NCBI GenBank assembly: GCA_002189035.1
Contig: CM007989.1
Span: 6,572,001-6,636,000 of the forward strand
Direction: 5' to 3'
DNA: 64,000 nt
Source: Utricularia gibba
Lineage: Eukaryota > Plantae > Magnoliophyta
Positions 51,359-64,000 of this stretch are shown one piece after another (within the stretch, counting starts at the first letter, position 1; the number at the start of each line of letters is the position of its first letter). The translations under genes and the position numbers were made by a program. The notes under the pieces were generated by a model. It worked only from the letters and a program-made list of their open reading frames with translations, had not been told where the DNA came from and searched no databases.

Positions 51359-52153
51359 TTACTTTCCATGTTCAATGAGATCTTCAAAAGGATAGTTTCT
51401 TCTGGCAGAATTTCTTACCCTTGAAGGTCTTCTTCTGTTCCTTGATTTCCTAGAATTTCCAGGTGCGTAGCAAAATATGCAAGATGGCCACCATTTCCCC
51501 ACTCGACCGTGAAAGCTATCAAAATCATCTCCAGAATTGTTGCCGCCCCCATAATCAATCACATAATCTCCAAGGACAATCCCATTGGGAACTTCAGCGT
51601 GAATGGTGTCCAAAACATCAATAATCTCAGAAGATTGCTGAAGATGATCCCAATCCAGTTTCCGAGCTGGATCAATTTTCGCCGGATAAGCATGAGGATG
51701 CTCTACCAGTGCATGCTTTTGAAGCTCAAAGTAGTTTCCAGAAAATCGACACTTCTCTTCTTCACACGTTCGATTCTTGGCATCCAAATGTAATCGAGCT
51801 TTATCAATCACCACCCATCCAGTAACTTCTCCACGGCACAAGGGGCACAGAAGCATGATATCAGGTGCTGGATCATCGAATTGTACACTTTCAACAGAGC
51901 TAGGTGATTCTGAGCCTGAGCCAGAGTACTTCCCATTTGCTATCTTAAGTCTTTCCAAACAGTTGGAATGCAAATGGTCTGTGCCGCATACAAAAGGTCG
52001 GCATCCTGTTCCATATGAAGAGCACTGGAGGAGAACACAGTTGTGTGGCACATCTAAACATATGGGACATAAAACATCATTCCAACTAACACATGACACC
52101 GCATCCTCCACCAATTTACTGTCGGGAGGGCGTCCATCTGCCAGGATAACCAT
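51359..52153 (-). CDS. DUF1644 family Cys-rich protein
   Basis: CPICLDVPHNCVLLQCSSY..GCRPFVC.TDHLHSNCL, LLCPLCRGEV.GW, ELQKHA..EHP...P..IDP.R..DW; start tentative. Confidence 0.88.
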   Translation of the reverse strand: MVILADGRPPDSKLVEDAVSCVSWNDVLCPICLDVPHNCVLLQCSSYGTGCRPFVCGTDHLHSNCLERLKIANGKYSGSGSESPSSVESVQFDDPAPDIMLLCPLCRGEVTGWVVIDKARLHLDAKNRTCEEEKCRFSGNYFELQKHALVEHPHAYPAKIDPARKLDWDHLQQSSEIIDVLDTIHAEVPNGIVLGDYVIDYGGGNNSGDDFDSFHGRVGKWWPSCIFCYAPGNSRKSRNRRRPSRVRNSARRNYPFEDLIEHGK

Positions 52154-53626
52154 ATTCTCCAACTTCAGGATTCCAGGAACTAACCAAGCACACCCTTATC
52201 TCCAGACATCTAGCACACAGAAACCATTTTTCAGTAGTTGGTTAATGAGAAACAATTTAAGTTCGAAGAATTCACAACATGCAAGTTCGATACAAATTAA
52301 AGAGCCCTCTTTTCCACATAATAACATCAAGATACCCAATAAAACGCATCGAAGAATGAATTCCAAGAAAAATATCGTCGCCCACAATTTTTTTTGTTTG
52401 TTTTTGAAACAAACAACAGTGAGAAAGGTCAGAGATCCGGCCCCCCCACGCAGTAAAAGTCGACCGACCTGGGGGGTGAAAAAAACAGCCATAGCGAAGC
52501 GAATGATTAGACTAGAGGTATTCGAATCTCCATGAATAAATGCAAATCAGAACAGAGAAGAATGAACCCATCCGCACCTGAATGCTGAATATCCCAAATT
52601 CAATACACGTAGGCGTAAGAAAGTCAAAAGAACTCTCCCTATGGACAAGTGGAGCTAGAAGATATCACGCAGATAGGTGGTGGAGGACAACACCTTTTTG
52701 TCCTTTCAAAATAATTTACTTTTTTATATTCGGTTATACTGCAATTCTTTATTTAAAAAGTTCTTTTTACATTATTAGTTATTAATTATGTACCTAAATA
52801 AAAAAAATTAAACACCATGACAATTTTAGTTTAGTGTTTTCTTTTAATTCTGGTATTAAATAAGAGGGAGGATTTCCATTCTTCAATGTAAAGTTCCTTT
52901 TGCGGTGACCTGAGCATTTCGTCGAACATTAGGAAGGCAAAGAAAGACACATTACCAGATCAGGCTTGTAGACGTTGTGCCCAAGGGAAGCGCCGCCCAG
53001 AAGTGACGTTACTACTACTACTCGTCTACGCCCGACGACACCGGAGGTGGAGTCCCAGTCAGCTCCTTCCCCCCGCCGCAGCAGCCACCGATGAGGCTTG
53101 GGATCGCGAGGCGCGTCCAAGCTCCGGAAACTTGAGGAGTGAATTGAGACAGGGCATTCTTGTACAGGCCCAAATTGCTCCAATTGGATATTTATACATT
53201 TAATTTTTAAATAATATGTTTCATTATAAATTATTTAAACGGGATAAGATTTGAAAAAGTTGAAAAAAATTAGATAAACCGATTATTATTAATTTATATT
53301 TTTTTATATATTTAATTATTTCATTTTCAATATAAGATTCAATAAACAGTTTATTATAAATCTACCAATTATTATTAAATTGCAAAGATTTGATTGGTTG
53401 TTCCCATGTAAGATTGTTTAACTCTTTTTACAGTAAGTGCTGAAAGCAGCTCTGTGATTGTTGTTGATGATGCAATGCTGAAAGGGAGATTTGACTCAAG
53501 TCTGTGATTGTCAATGTGTAGATTGTTACTGAAAATAAAGTTATCTTTAATTCTGATTTGGAGAACACGGTGTAGATTCCAAGACAAAAGTAAATGATGT
53601 GATCACTGAAACATGCAACCAAAGGG

Positions 53627-54735
<1,109 letters not shown>

Positions 54736-57308
54736 TGTGTTTGCCAACAACACAAATGCCGCTGAATGCCCGCCTGCCTGCCTTTGCATGGGGCTAGGGC
54801 TCCTTTTATACCCAAATTTCTCACCGGGGGTCCGCCCCTTCCGATGCCGGCGAAATGGTACGTACGGCGTTCAACGGGGAGGAGCATACAGGTTGACCGT
54901 GTGTGTGCCGTCATGTAGGTTCCTATTCACAAGGGAAGTCAGACAAATCTCCTCCTGGACATTTTTTCAACGCGGGGTGAGGACGTGGACGCGTCAAACG
55001 TAGCAGCAGGGCAAGGCATCCATCTGGCAAATCAATTGGCACACATATAACAAACCCTCACATGTTATTTTTTATGATGGTCGCTGTGCTATTTACTCCT
55101 TTAACGTGTTGTAACGGATAGATTGTGGGAGTTAATAATATGCAATATTGTTGTGATTAAGCAAATACAAAATTGACACAAAGTATGGTAACCCTGACAC
55201 ATCTAACGTGGCTCAAAGAAATATCTCGGGCTTAGAGCAAACAATATTTATCATAATTGATAGAACATTAAATTGATAATTCTTCAAAGTATAATAGTGT
55301 TGGAATAATGGTATTGGAGAAGGCATGGATATCCCATATTATTAATTTAAATGGTTTTTAACTAGTTTACATGAAATATCAATTCATTAATTTTGATGGA
55401 AATAAGAGTAAATTAAACCTTACACATAGGTATGGTGATTCTAATTTATTAAATCGGGTAGGGTTTTCGAAGCGTCCTAAAACCCAAAAAGACCACGAAA
55501 GGGGGGTCAACCCTTTTTTTGCTTCATTTTTGTCTTAAGACTATTAGATTTAACATATATATTCAATTGATTTATGAGACCAAAAGAGTATTTTTTGACT
55601 TGAATCCTACGGTTATGATCTTTTCTTCTTATTCATGTTTGATTTACAACGGTCCAAAGGAGTATTTCGATGGATCTAGCTGACATCTCTTCTGAAAACC
55701 CTACTCTGTCGCTATTCGTGCCCTCAAATACCAGTACAATAACTTATTGAATCTTGAAGTATAGATAAATCTTTTAGGTCAGTATTTCATGTGACTGCAG
55801 TTTTAATCTTTTATTCTTCTTTGTGTTTGATTTACAACAAATAGAGCTTCAATCAATAAAAAAAAAGAAAAAAACTTTTACAATAACATACTACTCAAGC
55901 ATCAAAGTTCAATTTAATCACCTTCCACAATCACTTGAATTACCCACTCAATTTGTCATTAAGAATATTCAAATCTTGAAATTACTTCTCTCTTTCCCTT
56001 TCTCTTCTCTACCAACCCTCAATGATTGAGAAAATTTGTAATCATTCATCTTGGATTTAAATAAAAAATCAAATTCATATTAAGCTATTATTTTACAGCA
56101 ACATAATATTTGTAAAATAATTCCGACCTAACACTCATGACTTATTAATGAGTTTAAAATAAGGTTCTATTTGATTTTACTCCAAAATTAATTTTCAAAA
56201 AATGATTTTGATAAAATATAAAATATAAAATAAAAATTTATAATTTTTAAATACAATAATAAATGCTTTTAGATTTATACTCTTTTTACACTAACAATTG
56301 TTCATATTTCTCCAAGGCTTCAATGCTCAATGTGCTCTTATATCAAATGTGACAGAATTGCACTTTAGTTGATACAAAAATGGTGATTGATTTCAGTGGC
56401 TCTATTGTCGAGATTTTTGGTGAAATATCATTTTTTAATGTGATGTATGAGACATCACATTATACTTTTTGTTTATAAAATATCATTTTTAACTTAAAAT
56501 TATTTTTTTATAGTCTATGATTTGTAAAGTATTATTATTATCAATTTTTTTGATACATGTGAAAATTCTTTATTTCTTTATTACGTTTTTAGAATCTAAT
56601 AATATTTACGATTTTTCATTTCTCTTGTTAACCGCTTCTTATTTTCTAAGATTTCCATCCCTCTTTTTCATTATCTTTTTTCATATAATTTAAATTATAT
56701 AGAATTAAATCAATTTGGAGATTATATAATTAGAATTAGTTTGAAATTATAAAAATGTTTTGTAAAATAACATAAAATTATATTATAAAATTTAATAAAA
56801 TAAAATATAAATTGTAAAATTTAATATATTAAATTATATAAAAATTTAATATATTATATTATATAAAATTTAATATATTATATTATTATATAATTTAATG
56901 TTATGATATAAATATATATTTAGAATAGATAAAAATAAATAATATAATTTCTCTAATTAACATTTTTTAATCTATGAAATAGTTATTCAAAAAATTCAAT
57001 AATTTATAAAATTAATTATAAAATCTAAATTTTTTATTTTACTAAAAAATAATTAAAAATTAAAATCTTCAAAAATTAAATAAAATCAATTCATAAAAAT
57101 TTGAAACTGAATTGATTTGGATTCTCCAGAATTCTGCCATGAGGTCATGTAATAACAGCCACGGAGTACAATTCCTCTATACACCAAATGGTGAAGACAG
57201 AAGCTGATGCATATGAGTGCTGTCTGAGGATGGAACGCAACGGCCTTGGGAACTCAAACAGCTTCCAAGAAGATGATGCAAATGTGGACGCAGTTGAGGT
57301 CTTCATTA

Positions 57309-59753
57309 TCACGGTGCTATTCTCTGCGGGTCTCGGGGGAACAGCGACGTCTTCCGGATGTTGTTTAGCGCGCAGAAGAGCATCACCACCCGCTCTAATC
57401 CCACGCCAAATCCGCCGTGCGGCGGCGCGCCGTACCTGGCCACAGACCAACGTGATTCGTTCACAAAGTGGACAGGGGAGAGGAGGGATCGATCGTGTGG
57501 TGTGTATGCAATGCTTACCTGAAGGAATCGATGTAGGTTGATATCGTTTTGACGTCGATCCCACATGCTTGAGCACGCTCAGTCAAGAACTCCGGCACAT
57601 GGACACGCTGTGCGCCGGAAATGATTTCCTCGCCTACACAGAGAGCATGGGAGTTGAGAGGATCATCTGTTTGGGATGAATGGGATCAGCCAGGGAAGTT
57701 TTAGTTACCTCGTATGAAGACGTCAAATGAATTGCTGTACTTTGGGTCATCATGGCATGGCATTGTATAGAATGGTCTCACGGCTAGAGGGTACCGGTGA
57801 AGTATATAAAATTCCGTGCCATATCTGACATGATGACATGAATTTGATTCTTAAAAACTGAATGCGTGTGGAGGGAAGGAACAGGAGCTTACTTTTCAAG
57901 TACCAGTTGGCCGAGCCTTCTCTCTGTTTCGGTGTTGAGATCTCCAAAAGGATCGATTGCAACTCCAGCTTCCTGAAAGAATTGACTGATTAGCAAGGCA
58001 GCTCTGAGAAAAATGCTATCATGTTCTCTCACCTTCAGCATCTGAACACCCTCTTCAAAAGTTAACCGCAAGGTCTTTCGTAGGTACTGAAAATTTGAAG
58101 TCAGTGAGTATCGGATTCATAAGAGGATATGCATGTCAAACAACAACAACAGACGTAGTAACCTTGAGGTTTTCAAATGGGTGTTGACGATTAATGGCCT
58201 CAAGCTCTGCCCCACAATGCTCATTCAAATAGTCGAACATTTTGACAAAAAGACGGTCAACAACATCCATGACCTACACACGTACCCTTGAGTGATGACA
58301 GAAGTTATTAGATCTACGTAAGGTGTTAATAAAATTTTTATACCTCTGAGCAATGCTCCTTAATCTCCATCTCAACGTCAAGACCAGTAAATTCACATAA
58401 ATGCCTGTGTGTGAAAGAGTCCTCAGCTCTGAAGACTGGGCCGATCTCAAAAACACGGCCAAGATCCCCACAAATTGCCATTTGTTTGTGCAGCTGCGGT
58501 GACTGTGCCAAGCATGCAGGAGTTCCCTTGTAGTCTAATCTAAAAACAGCTGCACCACCCTCACTAGAACCTGCTATCAGTTTCGGGGTGTGTATTTCAT
58601 TAAAACCTTCAGACAACAAGAATTGCCTAAATACCTGCATAATAACAGACCCACATTAAAGAGACAGCAGAAAGACAGCATGGACAGAACGCACTTCACA
58701 CAAAGACAGCTGCAGCTTCATCCATCTAAAATAAGGACTTTCCACAGCCAGAGTAGAGGCTTCGTTTAGCCGATTCGAATCCAATACACACTTACATTTC
58801 CAACTTGGCTTTGGATTCGGAAAATTCCCTGATTAGCTGGAGTTCGAAGGTCAAGAACTCTGTGATTCAATCGAGTATCCTGATTGACACTAACCAGGTG
58901 CTCTCCCTCCTGCAACCAAGAAAGAATCAGTATACAAACATTTCTCCCAATGGCAAAGAACACCCAGCTCCATATAATGGAAATGTATACGGCATCTGAT
59001 TCATACCTCTAAAGCCTTTTCAATTTCAATCTTGCTTCGTGCTGCATCCTCTAGATTAATAGGTAAGACAGGAACAGCTCTGTTTATACAATAGAGCTTC
59101 CTCACTTGCACTTCAACCTAGACCAAGATAATTACATGCATTAACAAAAAACTATATTTGCCGCATGTCGAGGAGTCGAATAAGGAACAGCCGGAAGAAA
59201 AAGCTTTATCTCGAAGGTTAACACTTGTGCAGATACATACCTGCTGAGTAGCGCCTTTTATGGGTTGCTCCGGTACTGAAACAATCCCGACGACATCAAC
59301 TATGCTCTCTTTGCTTAAGCCGGTGACAAATTTCACCATCGGCGAGCTCACCAAATCTTGTGCCACCACCAGAACGCATTGCACGGTAAAACCACGCTCC
59401 CTCACCACCACAAAGGCCATCTTCTTCCCCACGGCCCGGATTGCCTGCGCGCGGCCCCTGATCAACACGACTTGATCTTTCAACTCATCATTCAAGTCTT
59501 TAATCTTCGTCCACTTCTTGCCGGAGATTTCCTTAGACTGCAAGTCTTTTAAAGGTTTATCACCATAATTACCCGCCAGTGGATCCTCGCCGTCAATAGA
59601 CACTGCCGATACGCCCGAGGCTGCAGATGCCGCCGCGGCTGCTTCTTGGCGCTTCTTCTGACGCTCCAATTTCGCTTGCTCTTTCTTAGATAGCTTCTTC
59701 TCGGAGCCCTCCCCGGCCGCCGGATTCTGTGAATGTTCTTCGGAAGCTTCCAT
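57309..59753 (-). CDS. AspRS: Aspartate-tRNA ligase, cytosolic, multi-exon
   Basis: OB-fold [84 protein letters not shown]. Confidence 0.95.
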
Positions 59754-60122
59754 CGGAAATCAGGCAATAGGATTTGCGTGAGCGCAATAAGCAATAAGCG
59801 TGAATCAGAGAATTGTGGCGGCGACCTCCGCCTTTTCTTCTTACCGTATCCGTGGTTTTGCACTTGGGCCGTTCTCGACGGCGGCCCAGTATCAGTGCCC
59901 GTCAACGGTGGTCAACGAATAATACGGTATAGTCTTGGCGAACTTTTTTTTTGTCGTTCTGTTTAAAACCACTCTTTTCCCCTGAAACTTGAAAGTATCA
60001 AATTCCAAATTAGTCGGTTACTCGGATTTTGGCGGCTGCAAAACCCTAACCCTTGCCGGCATTTGAAAGTTTCTGAAACAGTTTTACCAGAAGACGCCGG
60101 AAGCTCAACTGTGTTGAACAAA
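59754..60122. promoter_or_regulatory. Compact bidirectional promoter shared by AspRS and PRMT5
   Basis: 369 bp between divergent ATGs; site II TGGGCC 59865-59870 and GGCCCA 59883-59888; E2F-like TTTGGCGG 60028-60035; telo-box AAACCCTAA 60041-60049. Confidence 0.7.
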
Positions 60123-63100
60123 ATGCCGCTCGGGGAGAGATACGCAGGAGACAAATCCGAGTCTCGCTACTGCGGCGTGGAGGTGGAGTTCGACGACGAA
60201 GTAGCCAGCGTGCTTTCGTCCAACCTCTATGGCGGATTCGACTTCGTTCTTCTTCCCCTTGTTGGTTTTTTTTCACTTTTCGCATTTTTTTCTGCATTCA
60301 TTTTCGTTCCGGCATTGCATATTTGCACGCTTCTTCAACGTAATTCATGTGTGTGGTGTTGATTTCTCATCTGTGTTAGAATTACTTTGAACTTAAAAAG
60401 TCATTAAAATGGATTATGTTATCTAGGATTAAGTTCTCCATGCATCGCGCATTTCTTTTTTTCCTGGCATTAGAATTTCTTCGAGAGTAACCTTCGCATG
60501 TGTTTCATTGATTTAGATGAACCCTAAGTATCGGCCTAGTCTACTGAATGATGAAGATAAAAGATCACATGCGCTGCCGTTTGCTGGATCTGATTTGGTC
60601 CTGAGTCCTTCACAATGGAGCAGTCATGTTGTTGGTTTGTACCTTTTGAGAGATTTCTCTTGTTCCATCATGCAGTTTTTTCATTCTTTGACGATATATT
60701 AGTCTATATTTAAAAAATATGCCTTTTTTCTGTTTACAAGTAAGTAGTGTAGTTTACTGCTTGTTATGAGCCTGTCTGTACGACTTTCTTTGTTTGATAT
60801 TCCCTGGAAAAGTCTCTAATTCAGACTTGGAAAAGGGATCCTACGAAAGCTCAACGATAACTTGTTTTCTTAGTTTTTTTTTTGAACAGTAAGTCTTGTT
60901 TTCTAATCCAGTGTGCTGTGTAGGTAGAATTAGCTCTTGGATTGACTTAGATTCCGAAGACGAGGTCCTGAGTGAGGATTCTGCAATTGCATTAAAGCAA
61001 GAAATTTCTTGGGCTTCTCATTTATCCTTGCAGGTGAATTATCTTGTCTCAAAAAAGTACCCATTAAACATCATGTCACTTTGCATTTCTTTCATTTGTT
61101 TCTCCTTTCTCCCTCATTGGTTGTTTGTTTTAGTTGTGCTATACGAGAAACCTGTTTTGCATGCAGGCATGTATTTTGCCCACACCTAAAGGAGTGTCAT
61201 TTGCAAATTACGCTAGATGTGTCAACCAGATTTTGCAGAGCGTTGGTGGGATGCAGGTACGTACAACTTAATCAAAACTACGTCTCTTGTTTCAATGGCT
61301 TTGTTGCTTATGCTGTTTTTGCTTCCACATGGAAGCTCTGGCTCAGAATTCCACTGCTCATGACCCTGGAGAGCTCTGGTGCTGATGATCTAGACTGTGA
61401 GGTTAGTTGCTTTTGGTCAATACAAATGATACAGTTAGGTGGGGTTATGTGTAGACTGGATTTCCAATTTTTTTTTTCATTTCACACCTACGTCCTTCAT
61501 ATGAAAATTTGTATATGGCTTACCCCTTTTTGATCATTAAAACTACTTCTTTTGTGTGTTGATTTGTTTCTTGATAAAGTCGCAACTTTTAGTTGTATAT
61601 TCGTTTTTCATGCGTACTTACATAAGTTTGGGGGTGTGATTGCTCTTTTATTATCACTTGTCCTGAACTTATTGTTTCCCTATTATTTATTTCTCAGGAT
61701 AAAAGGCAAGTTGATTCATGGGAACTGTGGAACACATTCCGAACTCTTTGTGAGCATCATAGCCAGCTATCAGTTGCAATTGATATTGGGTGAGCTCCAT
61801 TTGTAATATGTCTTTAGTATTTCGAGTTTTACTGACGTTTTTATGCAGGCCGTCACTATCTCCATCAGCTTCTGTTGGACGATGGCTTGGAGAGCCCCTG
61901 AAGGCAGCCATTATCAGTACAACTGTAAGGATGTATTTTTTTTAAACAAAAAATCAATAAAACAGTTCTGTTGTATATGCACAAGTTAATTAGTTATAAT
62001 TGATTGTAATAACACATTTGACAGTCTTTTTTGACCAATGCCCGAGGCTATCCTTGTTTATCAAAACGCCACCAAAGCTTGGCAACCGCATTTTTTCGTC
62101 ACTCTATTCAGGTAGTTTTATGCATCACTTCCTTCTATTTCGTATCTCTCCAGACTTGGATTTTTTTCTGAATTAATGGACTTTCTAATGGATGAAAGAT
62201 TCTCTATTTAGTATGTTTCTGAATGTGATGTCCATCTGAAATGGATTTTATGTTTTGTTTGTCACAGGAGCACCTGTGTTTATTTTTTGGACCATTCTTA
62301 CTGTCTTGTGACAATTTTTTTATAGATAGTTGTCTCTGGAAAATTGGTTCACAAAATACCAACTCAGGTTTCAGAATCAAAATCTGATAATCATGATGGT
62401 AATGCATTTTTCCAAACACCATCTATTGTATTGCATTTTATTGTATATATTGATGTGTAAATTTATATTTTCTTCCTAGGAACAAGACATCCCTTAAAGG
62501 CATACTTGGATTACCTTGCTTACCTCTATCAAAAGATGGACCCCCTTCCCGAGCAGGAGAGGTTTGAGGTGAGGACTCCGTCCTAAGTGCCATCTTGATT
62601 GTACGTTGTATTATTCTTGTAATCCCATGGCGTTTACTTTACTTTTCATCCTTGTTTTTCTTCTTCCAGCTTGGATACAGAGATTATTTGCAGTCACCGT
62701 TGCAAGTAAGTCTCTCACGCTGTTTAAATTTTATTTTAATTTCCTGCTGGTTCTGATCTCTTCATTGTTGCATTTCCCCCCTCCCAAATGTGCAGCCTCT
62801 CATGGATAATTTGGAGGCACAGACATATGAAACCTTTGAGAAAGACACTGTAAAGTACATTCAGGTGTGCTTTCCCTGAAAATGCTGATATATTGTGTTA
62901 GAACTTCAATAATAGGGTCGTTACGATTTTTTTTTTTTTTTTTTTGTAGCCACTTTACATCGAAGCACTGATAAAATCTGCATTTTCTTTATCTGTTATG
63001 AGTTTTTTTAATATATGAACCATTGATGACAGTACCAACGGGCAGTTGCTAAAGCATTGCTTGATAGGGTTTCAGATGAATCCGCATCCGCAGTGACCAC

Positions 63101-64000
63101 TGTACGTGTCTAGCTGTGGTTCTTTGCCTATTTTGTAAGAAGCAGTGATATTAACTTTTTTGTGGCTGCTATGACTTTTTTTGCTGTCTTATATAGGTAC
63201 TGATGGTGGTAGGTGCAGGACGTGGGCCTCTTGTAAGAGCATCGCTACAGGTATATGTATGTTTAGGCAGTTGATATTATGTTGAGGCAGTTTTGCAATT
63301 CTCGTCCTTGCACACTACAGGCTGCAGAGGAGACTGACAGGAAATTAAGAATATATGCCGTGGAGAAAAACCCAAATGCTGTGGTGACGCTCCATGTATG
63401 CTTTTCTTGTCTTGCATATGTGTTAATAAGTTTGTGCCAGCCCATCTGCTATGGAAAAAAGCTACTGATTTCTTTTGAACAGAATCTAGTCAAGATGGAG
63501 GGTTGGGAAAGATATGTCACCATTATCTCCAGTGATATGCGCAGTTGGAATGCTCCAGAGAAAGCTGATATATTGGTATATGTATTTACAGTTTATTAAC
63601 TGTGAGATACCTTCAAACTAAAAACATATCAGTAAGCCATGTTGCTACACTCGGTAATTTTAAATATGGTGTAGGTCAGTGAGCTATTGGGGTCGTTTGG
63701 TGACAATGAGTTGTCGCCTGAGTGTCTAGATGGAGCACAGCGATTCTTAAAGGAAGATGGGATTTCCATTCCGTCATCGTAAGACCCAGCTTTCCTTGTC
63801 TTCTCCGTCTTTTTGTGTAATTAATTGTTTTTTTGTCAAAATTCTGGTAGACATTAGCGTCACACATTTCATGGTTGTGCCTAGGGGACCTGTCATTTTT
63901 AAGTGATTATCCTGAATGAATTTCATAGGTATATGACTGATCATTCTATACTAACATTGGAGTTGGGATTCGCAGTTATACAAGCTTCATTCAACCTGTG
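60123..64000 (+). CDS. PRMT5: Protein arginine N-methyltransferase 5 (SKB1), partial; runs past the window end
   Basis: [99 protein letters not shown]. Confidence 0.95.

Noticed and set aside
51777-52535. 252-aa plus-strand ORF and other long antisense ORFs over PRX, COL and EXPA
   Set aside because: Shadows of real coding sequence on the opposite strand with no recognisable motifs.
56750-56950. AT-rich short tandem repeats
   Set aside because: Low-complexity sequence with no informative structure.

Overview
Gene-dense flowering-plant (probably eudicot) nuclear DNA with about 21 intron-containing protein genes in 64 kb and mostly very short introns. In order: PI-PLC, SCP1-like HAD phosphatase, ankyrin-CCCH zinc finger, TBL/ESK1, ENODL, APY7, WUN1/SAG20-like, UROD, expansin A, plastid GPX, AIP2, ubiquitin-NEDD8 (RUB), CONSTANS-like, PPR, GDU, UTR7, EXO70G1, DUF1644, class III peroxidase, cytosolic AspRS and PRMT5 (cut by the window end). 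The AT-rich spacers hold two PIF/Harbinger-type MITEs with intact target-site duplications, a solo LTR with TSD, a Cassandra-type LTR carrying a 5S rRNA-derived internal promoter, and a decayed hAT transposase. Eight genes carry frameshifts, most of them repairable by restoring a base in a homopolymer run; I read these as assembly errors, not pseudogenes. The most interesting biological signal is the WUN1/SAG20-like gene, whose reading frame has no ATG and appears to start at a CTG. Two orphan promoter-like modules also point antisense into neighbouring genes. I found no convincing wholly new system. Exon boundaries were read by eye, and family or locus comparisons are from memory, not from searches.
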